Made by a program: the position numbers and the translations under genes
DNA from: an uncultured delta proteobacterium
GTDB taxonomy: Bacteria; Bdellovibrionota; FAC87; UBA2466
Direction of reading: 5' to 3'
NCBI GenBank assembly: GCA_963778115.1
Contig: CAVZSV010000004.1
Location: 2,656,001-2,720,000 of the forward strand
DNA length: 64,000 nucleotides
The notes under the pieces: model-generated
Seen by the model: only the letters and a program-made list of their open reading frames with translations
Databases searched by the model: none
Told to the model about the DNA's origin: nothing
Shown here: one piece after another, positions 49,996 through 59,486 of the stretch
Numbering within the stretch: position 1 is the stretch's first letter
How the letters are laid out: each line of letters opens with the position of its first letter

Positions 49996-50499
49996 ATGAA
50001 AGCAAAGGAAGTTAAGAATACGGTGGACTGGGATTTTATGAAGCCCGAGACCATCACGGTAAGTCCTAATGCTAGCGTGGGAGAAGCCATTGCAGTCATG
50101 GACAAATTTAGGATCCATCATCTTCTCGTGATGCAGGACGATAACTTTAAGGGCCTTATCGAAGGGCGAGATCTTATCTTCTTTGGAACCTATTCGCAGC
50201 AATCTTTGAATACGAAAAAGGTGTCCGAAGTCATGCGAACGAAAGTTCCCATGATTTACGAATCGACGGATGTGGGTGGCGTTCTGGAAATGATGATAAC
50301 CCACCATCTAACGGCGATTCCCATCGTGGGAAACGGCCGAATTGTAGGAATTCTAACCGAAACCGATTTGCTCAAACTCTTTCAGGCCATCCTGGGCAAG
50401 GGCACCGGTCTTCCTTTTCTAGTCAAAGAGGGAGAGGCTGTCTTAGCCAATCCGCTTGTTCAGAATGTCTTTCGGCTGTTGGGCAATATCGGCCTTTGA
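49996..50499 (+). CDS. CBS domain protein
   Basis: IHHLLV, AIPIV..IVGILTETD. Confidence 0.88.
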   Translation: MKAKEVKNTVDWDFMKPETITVSPNASVGEAIAVMDKFRIHHLLVMQDDNFKGLIEGRDLIFFGTYSQQSLNTKKVSEVMRTKVPMIYESTDVGGVLEMMITHHLTAIPIVGNGRIVGILTETDLLKLFQAILGKGTGLPFLVKEGEAVLANPLVQNVFRLLGNIGL

Positions 50500-50678
50500 A
50501 AAAAGTTTCCCCTTACCCGGCATAGAGGCTGGCTCTTCTGATACCCTCGAAGGCATTTTAAGTGTCTGATAATACGCAATTACTGAACGCGTTCACAGCG
50601 AGCTACGAAAATCCTTCTCGCGATGGCTTCGGAGAAGCCTTTCTAATGATATAATTTTACCTTCTCCCGGAGACCCCC

Positions 50679-52553
50679 ATGCACCGACTGACTATCTTCT
50701 TATGTCTTGGAGTCTTAATGCTGACAACTCAGATTCACAGTGCCGAAAAGCACGACGAAGGGACGTTGCTTCGAGATATTAGTGACGATTCGCAGATTAC
50801 TATCAACACTAGCGGATTTTCCTTACCCGAGTATAAAGGACACACCAGAGATGAAGTGGAGAGAATTGCGTTAAACTTCTTTTTCAATCAACTAAGTGAG
50901 CATCCCGAATTATGTCTAGTCGATCCTAGTTCTCAAAGTGGAGGCGTTGCTCGAATCACCCATTTCGTTGGAGCCGATTCCGGCAAGAAAATTAATCTCT
51001 CGGATTGCGTCATTCCAGACTTTGTAAAAAAGTTTTCACAGGGCTATCCCTTCGCCTGTGAAGGGATTAAGAAAACGACCCCAAAGACCTTTCGTTTGGA
51101 TTGGCTGGTTCACGAGCTGATGGAAAGATACAACGAATTGGATAATGTTCCCAAAAATCGAAGTGAGCTGAGAGATAAGTACGGAGTCGAAATCGAATAT
51201 CAAAAGAGCCCCGATCCGAAAGCCGTGATCGAAGAGAGCTTTGTAGCGCGAAAACGAAGAGCGATAGGAGCTTTGAAAAGAGACAATGGAAGTTTTGCGG
51301 GTCTAATCACTTGGGATTCCGATGCTGACGCGACGAAAGGAACTAAATATTCCTTTGCGCTTCATCCTACGGATACTCAGATGGATGCAGCCGAGATTTT
51401 TCTTCAAAAACCCAATGGTCTTCGCAAATACCTTTTACATGACTTTAACGGGGATAAACGTTTGGTGGTTGCGGCGGCGGGTGTCGCCGATTTTGTGGCG
51501 GGGCTGGCTCCCTCTCCCGTTCACACCGACGCTATTAGCATTAAAGCGCACGGAAAAAGTAACGGAGTCCGCAACAGCATCGATTGTTTAATCTGTCATA
51601 CTTCAGGAACGTTGTCGGAGACCTCCTCGAATTCCAATAAAGAAATTATCAATGAAGCTAAAGCGGCCGGGGTCTTTAGAGATCCCAAAATAGAGGCCTT
51701 AGCGAGGAAAATGTATGATGTCCCAGAGGGAAAAGAGGACGACGAATCATATGTCCCCGCGAAAGAGGTTTCCGACCTCGTCTCCGCCGAGAATAATACC
51801 TACAACGCCGCGCTCAAGAAGATGGGCGTTAAAGATGCGGATGCGCCGATACTTCCTGATATTCATGCCAACTTCTCGGAAAATCCCTCTCTTTTCAGAG
51901 CTGCCGAAGAGTTGGGATCGGTAAAGGAGGATTTCGTTGCACTGCTTAAGGAACTTCCCACACTGGCTCAATCGCTTGGGATTCGAAAGATGGATAAGCC
52001 CGACAAGGTGACTATCGATCGAGAGCTCTTCAACGAACGATTTTGCGAAATCGCTTTCTTATTGGAACAAGCTAAAGATCCGTTTGTGAAACGAACCTTA
52101 CGACTGTTGGAGGCACAAGCTTCCATAGAAAGACCCGAAATCAAGGCCGAACTGGATAAAGCCATAGCCGCCGAAAAGGAAAAACGTGGTGGCATTGGTT
52201 TGCTGGCAACGTACCATGCTATCGCGAAAAAACTAGATATCGACACTGAGCACGGCACTATTGGTCTAGCCGCCATTGGCGAAAAGATAAGAACCAAGCT
52301 GGGAATTCCCCCGCAGGAGAGGTTGGGTTTGGTGGATATTGCGGACCGGGTGGTCGAAAGAGAGGTCGAGCAGCAATTCTCGGAACGCTTAAAAGAAACT
52401 TTCGATAAAGGGGCTCAAGCCGGGATCGTCGCAAATCTCGATTCTGCTGAGGCCTTCCTCAAACGACACATTCCTGACTTTACCGCAAATCAAAATGCCA
52501 CGCTTTCGGACCGATTTCTAGCAGCAGAGCGAGAATTTGAGACTTTGAAATAG
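50679..52553 (+). CDS. Large secreted protein with a single CxxCH
   Basis: Signal peptide, EIF..PNG...Y, V.NSIDCLICH..G. Confidence 0.7.
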   Translation: MHRLTIFLCLGVLMLTTQIHSAEKHDEGTLLRDISDDSQITINTSGFSLPEYKGHTRDEVERIALNFFFNQLSEHPELCLVDPSSQSGGVARITHFVGADSGKKINLSDCVIPDFVKKFSQGYPFACEGIKKTTPKTFRLDWLVHELMERYNELDNVPKNRSELRDKYGVEIEYQKSPDPKAVIEESFVARKRRAIGALKRDNGSFAGLITWDSDADATKGTKYSFALHPTDTQMDAAEIFLQKPNGLRKYLLHDFNGDKRLVVAAAGVADFVAGLAPSPVHTDAISIKAHGKSNGVRNSIDCLICHTSGTLSETSSNSNKEIINEAKAAGVFRDPKIEALARKMYDVPEGKEDDESYVPAKEVSDLVSAENNTYNAALKKMGVKDADAPILPDIHANFSENPSLFRAAEELGSVKEDFVALLKELPTLAQSLGIRKMDKPDKVTIDRELFNERFCEIAFLLEQAKDPFVKRTLRLLEAQASIERPEIKAELDKAIAAEKEKRGGIGLLATYHAIAKKLDIDTEHGTIGLAAIGEKIRTKLGIPPQERLGLVDIADRVVEREVEQQFSERLKETFDKGAQAGIVANLDSAEAFLKRHIPDFTANQNATLSDRFLAAEREFETLK

Positions 52554-52611
52554 CGTAGACTTTCCCGTTGGAACGGGCTTAGCTATAGAAAGTTGGAGTC
52601 AGGGGATTTCC

Positions 52612-53781
52612 ATGCGTAGTCGTTTAGTAAGATTTCTTTTGATTCTTTCGATTCTATTGCTCTATACGGCTTGCGAAGCGTTTCAGCTTTTACCTGCCCA
52701 TCCGTATTTCGATGGTCTCTTTTCGTTGGTCTTTTTTGTAATCATGATTTCGGCTCCGTTTGTTTATCGGTCGAACCCTAAAGTATTCGAAGTTGTCTGG
52801 TTTCGTGTTTTGGCATGGAGCGGATCTTTAGCCATGGGGCTTTGGGCAACTTTTATTCTTATTTCTTTACCCTTTGATTTCGTTCATGCGGTGGTCTCTA
52901 CTTTCGATAAGCTCGTCAATGTTTCTCGCCTTACGTATGAAAAACAGAGTTTCCTTTACCGCGGTCTCTCCTTTTCTGTTCTGGGTCTTTCTGGCGGCAT
53001 GGCGGGGCTGGGCCTTTGGGAAGTTTTGCGGGGCCCTCGACTGAGAAAAGTTTCCGTCAGTGTTCCCCAATTGAATCACGGTCTAGAGGGACTTAAACTC
53101 CTCCAGATTAGCGATCTTCATGTGGGGCCTACTCTTCGTAAGGGCTACGTCGACGAAGTTGTTCGCCGCGCCAACGAAGCCGATGCCGATTTTATTTTTG
53201 TGACGGGTGACCTTGCGGACGCTAAAGCCTCTTCCATCGCAGATCACTTGGAACCTCTTAGGCATCTTCGCTCTAGGTATGGTGTCTTTTATGTGACGGG
53301 CAACCACGAATATTATTGGGACGTCAGTGGACTGATGGAGAAGGCTAAGGAGTTAGGGCTAACTCCACTTATCAACGAAAATCGGGTAATTTCAATTGCT
53401 GATGCTAAAGTTTTAATTGCGGGGGTTACTGATCCGATGGGGAGCGACTTTCTTGAAGGCCATGCTCCAGATACGAAGAAGGCTTTTCAGACCACTCAGA
53501 CGGACATTCAGTTTCGAATCTTGCTGGCTCACCGACCGGATGCCTGTGAACAAGCCGAAGGGCAGGGGTGTGACCTCCAACTTTCAGGTCATACGCACGC
53601 TGGCCAGTTTTTTCCATTTACGATGCTTATCGGACTTTTTCACAAATACAGCCGAGGCCTTTATCGGCACGGCCGCATGTGGATCTACGTGAATCCTGGA
53701 ACTGGCTACTGGGGACCCGCCAACCGGTTGGGAGTTGCTCCCGAAATTACCTTGCTCAGTCTTACCAACCAAATAATCTAG
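52612..53781 (+). CDS. Membrane-anchored metallophosphoesterase (YkuE-like)
   Basis: SDLH, GDL.D, GNHE, LLAH.P, SGHTH. Confidence 0.92.
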   Translation: MRSRLVRFLLILSILLLYTACEAFQLLPAHPYFDGLFSLVFFVIMISAPFVYRSNPKVFEVVWFRVLAWSGSLAMGLWATFILISLPFDFVHAVVSTFDKLVNVSRLTYEKQSFLYRGLSFSVLGLSGGMAGLGLWEVLRGPRLRKVSVSVPQLNHGLEGLKLLQISDLHVGPTLRKGYVDEVVRRANEADADFIFVTGDLADAKASSIADHLEPLRHLRSRYGVFYVTGNHEYYWDVSGLMEKAKELGLTPLINENRVISIADAKVLIAGVTDPMGSDFLEGHAPDTKKAFQTTQTDIQFRILLAHRPDACEQAEGQGCDLQLSGHTHAGQFFPFTMLIGLFHKYSRGLYRHGRMWIYVNPGTGYWGPANRLGVAPEITLLSLTNQII

Positions 53782-54908
53782 CCTTCTCCCACCTTGTGCC
53801 TCCTTACCGAAACAAAAAGGTACGGCCTACCTTTCTGTTGACGTAGTCTTAGGAAGGGCCTTTCAACAAGAACGTGCAGTAGAAAAGCACAACAGAGAAC
53901 CGCGATGCCGAAGACGGGCAATCTAAGGGGAGAGTTTTCCATAAGACGATGGGAATCAAGAAGTCCCGTTACGAGATGTATCACCTGTTTGTGGGTTAAG
54001 TAGATGCAGTAGGCTAGGGCAGCGACTGTCGCCGAGCCTGGAATTTGCAAGTTAGCTAGAAGGGTTTGTGGCTGGGCCGCTGTTGCAACGAGGCACGCGA
54101 ATCCCAATGCCAGCAAGGGAAATCCGATGACGACGGTGCTTAACTTATAATGATCGTCAAACAGATGAAGGGCGAGGCCTACGATAACGCAGCCTACGAT
54201 CGCTAAAGCATTCGCCTGCTGTCCCATCTTTACCCATAGGTTGGGAACATAATGACGAACCAAAGCGATCGCTATTCCCAGGGTTAAACCATCTAAACGG
54301 GAATAGGTGGGATAATAGATCAATCTAAAATACTCTCGGTTAAGAGTGTCTGCGTTCAAGCCTCGGTGAAGCACCTCACTCCACACTAAAGCTCTAACTG
54401 CCATTCCAAATAGAATCACCACAGGGACGGCCATCCGAGGAGCGTTTTTTTTACTGCTCAACAAAAGGACCATCAGCGGGAAGGCCCAGTAAAACTGCTC
54501 TTCGATGCAAAGGGACCAGGCATGAGAAAAGCTGCTAAACGTGAGATTGAAGTTTTGGGTAAACGTTAGAAATTTCCACGGGGGGACGATCCAGTTTCCT
54601 TCTCTAAAATCAGGCCAAACTAAATAGATCCCAAGTACCACCCCATAGCAGGGAAGAATACGAAGGGCTCGCCGCCAATAGAATGATTTAAGGGAGATAT
54701 CACCGCGGAGTTTGAGCGAAGAGAATAATTGATTCGCGATGAGATAACCACTCAGTACGAAGAACAGGTCGACTCCACACCATCCATAATGACCGATAGT
54801 TTTAAGGACGGTTACTGTGGTCTTGGACTGAAAGTGAGAAAGGAAAACCGCGACAATCGCGATCGATCTCAATAGATCTAAGCCGGCTATTCTTTGAGAC
54901 TTTTCCAT
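53778..54908 (-). CDS. Acyltransferase-3 family (OafA/YrhL-like O-acyltransferase)
   Basis: LDLLR, GVDLFFVLSGYLI, RR.LRI.P, HAWSL.IEEQFY, VERPF. Confidence 0.92.
   Translation of the reverse strand: MEKSQRIAGLDLLRSIAIVAVFLSHFQSKTTVTVLKTIGHYGWCGVDLFFVLSGYLIANQLFSSLKLRGDISLKSFYWRRALRILPCYGVVLGIYLVWPDFREGNWIVPPWKFLTFTQNFNLTFSSFSHAWSLCIEEQFYWAFPLMVLLLSSKKNAPRMAVPVVILFGMAVRALVWSEVLHRGLNADTLNREYFRLIYYPTYSRLDGLTLGIAIALVRHYVPNLWVKMGQQANALAIVGCVIVGLALHLFDDHYKLSTVVIGFPLLALGFACLVATAAQPQTLLANLQIPGSATVAALAYCIYLTHKQVIHLVTGLLDSHRLMENSPLRLPVFGIAVLCCAFLLHVLVERPFLRLRQQKGRPYLFVSVRRHKVGEG
53811..53839. repeat. 29-bp palindromic element, copy 1
   Basis: AACAAAAAGGTA-CGGCC-TACCTTTCTGTT. Confidence 0.75.
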
Positions 54909-54938
54909 GGCTGAAGTATCTATTCTATCGGACCCTTT

Positions 54939-54967
54939 TACAGGAAGGTAGGCCGTACCTTTCTGTT
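54939..54967. repeat. 29-bp palindromic element, copy 2 (spacer inverted)
   Basis: TACAGGAAGGTA-GGCCG-TACCTTTCTGTT. Confidence 0.75.
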
Positions 54968-54970
54968 GGT

Positions 54971-55366
54971 TTACTGGGACATGGAAAGAAGGCAGCCCTG
55001 GGAATCACAAGTGGCCATGTTGCCGGGGTGGGGATGGCCGTCCGCCTTAGCTTCTTCGATTAACGTCAAATAGGCATCGATATTCACTTCACGAAAATTA
55101 AGGAAGCAGCCCATGGGCCTGTGCTTCGTTCGTTCGGGTGCGTCAAATTCAGGATCCGGTTGGCAGGTGACTCGGCAATGTCCCGGCTCGCATCGGAAAA
55201 TGAAATGTTCCGCATTCTGTCGTTGGTTTGAGGGAAGAGAATTTACATTGTTCTTCAGCCAGAGAAAGTCTTCTTTGGTAATCGGAATTTTATATTCCAT
55301 CTCGGCCGAAACTGGGCCTGAAAATAATGCGAAACCTAAACTCAAGACTAAGTATAGCGCCTTCAT
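54971..55366 (-). CDS. Small secreted Cys-rich protein
   Basis: Signal peptide ending VSA, six Cys. Confidence 0.65.
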   Translation of the reverse strand: MKALYLVLSLGFALFSGPVSAEMEYKIPITKEDFLWLKNNVNSLPSNQRQNAEHFIFRCEPGHCRVTCQPDPEFDAPERTKHRPMGCFLNFREVNIDAYLTLIEEAKADGHPHPGNMATCDSQGCLLSMSQ

Positions 55367-55367
55367 C

Positions 55368-55673
55368 CTAGTCCTTATTTACCGCTGGCTTTTCAGAGTC
55401 TAGGTGTCCGCCTTGAATATTAGCCCCCTCTTCAACGTGAGGTTGAACTTGTGGTTGAACTTGAGGTTGATTCTGATCCGAAGGGACCGATTTAGGGGCT
55501 CTGTCCTCGGGTACTAAGTCTTGCTTGGGAACAGGCATACCGTCCCATTTAATCCCATTCTGAAAATCGGGTTGGGGCTTGTCGGGATTCGCCGGGGTGT
55601 CGTCTGCGATCGCAACCTGGGTTAGCAAGGCAAAAGAAAATAACCCCATCCAGATTTTGTTCCGCCAGTTCAT
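55368..55673 (-). CDS. Small secreted Pro/Gln-rich protein
   Basis: GGAGG RBS, signal peptide ending AIA, QPQVQPQVQPHV. Confidence 0.7.
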   Translation of the reverse strand: MNWRNKIWMGLFSFALLTQVAIADDTPANPDKPQPDFQNGIKWDGMPVPKQDLVPEDRAPKSVPSDQNQPQVQPQVQPHVEEGANIQGGHLDSEKPAVNKD

Positions 55674-55757
55674 GCGTACCTCCAGGCCTTTTATGATGTT
55701 ATTATACTCCGATACGACCTAAGGCTAGCAACTTCGAAGAGGTTAGGATCTCGGGCT

Positions 55758-56216
55758 ATGAAAATACTCTTTCTTCTGCTCCTTCTTCTTAACCCTGCCG
55801 CTTTTGCGATAGGTCGTGGGTGCGATCCCCTACATCCACTACCCCCAGCGCTTCAATGCGGGAGAGCGGGCGACAATCCTACTTTTACCGAAGGAGTTGA
55901 TTGCTGGGTTGAGATTTGTGCCGCGACGTTAAAGCACTATTCTGAATCGGGCATGGTGCTAACCACAAAGGACGGCAAACCGATACCAGGCACAGTGGCA
56001 AAGACGGATTGGGTACTGCGCTTCACTCCCCGAAGACCGCTTGATCGCGACACCGATTATGTTCTTCAAATAAACCCAGAGAGGATTCGAAGTTCTTCCG
56101 GTGAGACCCTCTCGGTTACCAACGGGTTAAAGAAAGGGAAGGCCTTTCAGTTCTGCTTCCGGGGAGGGGAATCTCCGGAGAACAGAAACGCTTCCAAAAA
56201 ATCTGGGTGCGAGTGA
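55758..56216 (+). CDS. Secreted Ig-like (Big_5-type) domain protein
   Basis: LRFTP..PL..DTDY.L.I...IRS..G..L. Confidence 0.65.
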   Translation: MKILFLLLLLLNPAAFAIGRGCDPLHPLPPALQCGRAGDNPTFTEGVDCWVEICAATLKHYSESGMVLTTKDGKPIPGTVAKTDWVLRFTPRRPLDRDTDYVLQINPERIRSSSGETLSVTNGLKKGKAFQFCFRGGESPENRNASKKSGCE

Positions 56217-56320
56217 CTCGTCGTTTCATTTATTAAAGCTGGTTACCTTTGGACACCAGAGGGGTCACTTTGTTTCCGATGACGTAATCGGTCATCATTT
56301 CTTTTCAGCCCAATTGTCGG

Positions 56321-56336
56321 TGGCACTCCAGTTGCA
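56321..56336 (+). promoter_or_regulatory. sigma54 -24/-12 promoter
   Basis: TGGCACTCCAGTTGCA. Confidence 0.75.
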
Positions 56337-56392
56337 TTACTTCTCAACCGGGGAAGCCTTCATATTTTTTTCATACCATCGACGGGGGAAAA

Positions 56393-57838
56393 ATGGGTCA
56401 CAAAAGTATTCTTATACTTTCTTCGCTTTTCCTTGTGGTGCTTGCTGCCAATGGCTACGCGGAAAATGGGGTGAATGGGGTTAGCGGAAGTCCCGTCACG
56501 ATTATCGCGAACAATACTCCTCAGAGTTTTAAATCGACCGGGGGTGTCGGGGGAAATGGTTATCCTGGCGGCAACGGTGACGGGGGCTCGTGTGTGGCTA
56601 CCGGTGGAGATGGAAACGTTAGCGAACCCTCAGGACAAGATGGGGGAGACGGCGGTGCTGGTGGAGCGGGAGGAAATGGGGGTGATATTACCGTCTATTT
56701 TACCGATCTCGCGCAGATCTCAAATCTCACCGTGATCGATACTCCTGGACCGGGTGGTTACGGCGGGGCTGGGGGCTACGGCGGTTCGGGTTGCCAGTGC
56801 GGTATTTACTCTTGGCCTAGCAGCGATGGTTCGACGACCTATTATTGTACTGACGGAAGCGACGGTTCCAATGGCAGCACCGGTCCGAACGGCCCTACCG
56901 GTAACTATGGAAACATCTATCTGGTGAATGGAGATGGCAGCACTCCAGTGAAGCCTTCGATCCCTTCGGTTTACCTCGACATGGCAAAAATGTCGGAAGG
57001 TCCGATTACCCTTTCTCAAAACGTATGGGCGCAGAATAACGGAGCCAAGGCTCTTTTCAGCGCTGGTTCCGATATTTCCGATAACTACTATTTTTATGAA
57101 GGTCGAATCGAGACGACGGTCACCTTCAAGTGGCAAGCGAGCCGCCCCGTCACAGATTTTGCGGGCTCTCAAATGTTAGTGGCTCTGAAGGGTAACGATA
57201 TTGAGGTGACATTTCCTCAAGGGCTTGAAGTCCAAAGCCAAGTCACCACCGACGGAAGCAGTACCACTTACACTATTTCAGACGCGGTGATGGCTAATCA
57301 AGTAGCGAATCTTGCATTGGGCACCGTTACCGGAAATGGAACCGCACTTTCGGTTCACGTTACGGACAATGCCCAGGTCTCCGACGAAGTGCAGAGTACC
57401 GTGGCTCTCACCTATTACGTTTATGAAAACGGCGGCTATACCATTCAGTTTCAAGGCGCGATACCGGCTTCTGCCTTAACCGTGACCGCAGCTGGATTTG
57501 ATGTCGCCATAGGAACATTGGGGATCAACGCGAGTTATCTGGCTCCGGGCCTTAATATCTACATTGCGTTGGATATTACTCGAACCATAGGCACCGACTC
57601 ACAAAAAGTCTCACTGGCCAATTACTTCACGACGGCACCGTTTGCGGTGGGTTCAGTCTTACAAGTGATTGCGGACGCTAATCTCTATAGCGGAACTACC
57701 GTGGTCGGGAGCGTAAAAAAAGGAGACCAATACAAACTGGTTACCACTCAAGGTCAGTGGGCATCTTTACAAACCTTAGACGGTACGGCCGTTAAGGGAT
57801 GGCTCCAAATTAGCGATCTAGAACTTCCACCATCGTAG
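56393..57838 (+). CDS. Secreted glycine-rich (collagen-like) protein with C-terminal SH3-like domain
   Basis: Signal peptide, Gly-X-Y/GGxGG runs, GCQC, C-terminal ANLYSG..W....GW. Confidence 0.8.
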   Translation: MGHKSILILSSLFLVVLAANGYAENGVNGVSGSPVTIIANNTPQSFKSTGGVGGNGYPGGNGDGGSCVATGGDGNVSEPSGQDGGDGGAGGAGGNGGDITVYFTDLAQISNLTVIDTPGPGGYGGAGGYGGSGCQCGIYSWPSSDGSTTYYCTDGSDGSNGSTGPNGPTGNYGNIYLVNGDGSTPVKPSIPSVYLDMAKMSEGPITLSQNVWAQNNGAKALFSAGSDISDNYYFYEGRIETTVTFKWQASRPVTDFAGSQMLVALKGNDIEVTFPQGLEVQSQVTTDGSSTTYTISDAVMANQVANLALGTVTGNGTALSVHVTDNAQVSDEVQSTVALTYYVYENGGYTIQFQGAIPASALTVTAAGFDVAIGTLGINASYLAPGLNIYIALDITRTIGTDSQKVSLANYFTTAPFAVGSVLQVIADANLYSGTTVVGSVKKGDQYKLVTTQGQWASLQTLDGTAVKGWLQISDLELPPS

Positions 57839-57884
57839 GAAATTCTTCAAACGCTAAAAAAAAGAATCAGGGAAGGGGGAGGTC

Positions 57885-58409
57885 ATGAGGTTGGTCACTC
57901 TAGCCATAGGGCTTGTGCTTGGTGGATTCGCTTGGGGGGCTCAGCAAGCTACTGATACCGTCGTCTGGACCCAAAATTTCATTACGTGGGGACAAGGAGT
58001 CACCACAGACGATGCCGCTAGCGACGCAACCGCTCAAACCCTTCCCTTGATTAATAATTTAAGGCTCACGTGCGATACTAGCAAAGGGATCGTATCGGTC
58101 CAAGCGGCCTTCGGCTATTGCGCTCCGGATAACGATCCCATGTTCTGCGAAGACGGCTGTTACACCTGTCCGGATTATGTAACGGCGGTTTGTGAAATAG
58201 ATACCTCCGGTACGATTCAGTCTGGTTCTCTGGTAGTCGCTACGGCCGATGCCAACCTCTATAGCGGCAATCAGCAGGTTGGGAAAGTAACGGGTGGAAC
58301 CCAGTTTCATGTTACCCAGATCGATGGCTCTTGGGTGTCACTCGTTGCGATGGATGGGAGCGCTCAGCCCGGATGGATTCAACTCAGTGACCTAAAGTTG
58401 GTGAATTGA
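57885..58409 (+). CDS. Secreted Cys-rich protein with the same SH3-like C-terminal domain
   Basis: GGAGG RBS, signal peptide, ADANLYSG..GSW.SL..DG...GWIQLSDL. Confidence 0.78.
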   Translation: MRLVTLAIGLVLGGFAWGAQQATDTVVWTQNFITWGQGVTTDDAASDATAQTLPLINNLRLTCDTSKGIVSVQAAFGYCAPDNDPMFCEDGCYTCPDYVTAVCEIDTSGTIQSGSLVVATADANLYSGNQQVGKVTGGTQFHVTQIDGSWVSLVAMDGSAQPGWIQLSDLKLVN

Positions 58410-58419
58410 CTTTGCCACC

Positions 58420-59301
58420 TTAGTGCGAAAGCGAATCCAAGATAGATTTCAGCTCGTCTTTTTCGAGAGTTCCTTGCGGAATGATAGCGGCGATATCGCT
58501 TGCGGGAATTCCTTCCGGACCGTAATGAAGGTAAGCTTCACCTTGACCCGAGTTGGCTTCAACGGGAATGCTTATCGCATGAGTTCCCGCGTTCTGATTC
58601 AGAATTAGGACGTAACCTCTAAGATCTTTTACCTTCGCAGCCGTAGCAGCCCATTGCGCATCAGTCAGTTCTTTAATCTGCTTCAGATGTTGGGCATTAC
58701 GCTGGTTGTTTGCGGTCATCACTGCTTTGTGTTCGGGAAGAACGAAATCGTTTAGTGAAATTCCAAAAATCGAAACTAGCTCCGCTACCCTGTCGTTAAA
58801 TCCATGAAAGAGGTACATATCAAGATAGATTGAAAAGGTCTTTTGAAGAAGTTCATTTCTAATTCCAAGAATTTCCAGAAAAGCTTCAGCACGCGCCAGG
58901 TCGCCCGCTACCATTTTTGCGTCTCGGTATAGTTCTTCGATGGTTCGGGGCATCGTTGCCTGGTCTTGATTGGCATAGGAATAGACTAAGAACTCCCTGA
59001 AGGTTTCAAAGTTGTAATGGCAGGGGCCTGTAAATAAACCCGTGTGAGCTAGTTCCACGATGTGGTCGGTCGTTGTGTAATAAAACGCGTAGTAGTTAGA
59101 ACTTAAGAACGTTGAGGTTTGATTGGTACCGGCGAAATGGTTTCCGTGTCTTATCCACCCCTCAAAAGTGGATTTGGAAACCGGGAATTTTCGAGTACAT
59201 GCCGCTGTGACGACATTCACCGCATCCTGATCGAAAGCAAAGATAGAGGGCGAAACCAATAGTCCCGCCAATAAAGAAAACAATGTTATACGCTTACGCA
59301 C
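58420..59301 (-). CDS. Secreted protein, candidate ADP-ribosyltransferase fold
   Basis: Signal peptide; IRHG, FLSS..YA..Y, GYVLIL, QGEAY..GIPASDI. Confidence 0.55.
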   Translation of the reverse strand: MRKRITLFSLLAGLLVSPSIFAFDQDAVNVVTAACTRKFPVSKSTFEGWIRHGNHFAGTNQTSTFLSSNYYAFYYTTTDHIVELAHTGLFTGPCHYNFETFREFLVYSYANQDQATMPRTIEELYRDAKMVAGDLARAEAFLEILGIRNELLQKTFSIYLDMYLFHGFNDRVAELVSIFGISLNDFVLPEHKAVMTANNQRNAQHLKQIKELTDAQWAATAAKVKDLRGYVLILNQNAGTHAISIPVEANSGQGEAYLHYGPEGIPASDIAAIIPQGTLEKDELKSILDSLSH

Positions 59302-59486
59302 CTTACCGCCTTTGAAAGTAGGGGCGGCTTATATCATCCGAACGCATTATCTTCCAATGCTTTCTGGTTTATTTAAATATTTCGTATAGATAACGGGATT
59401 TTCGTGGTGGCTAATATCATCGATTTAGGCACGTAAATTTAGAATAATTGTAAAAAATGGGTTACTATTAGTCCCATCAACATCCG

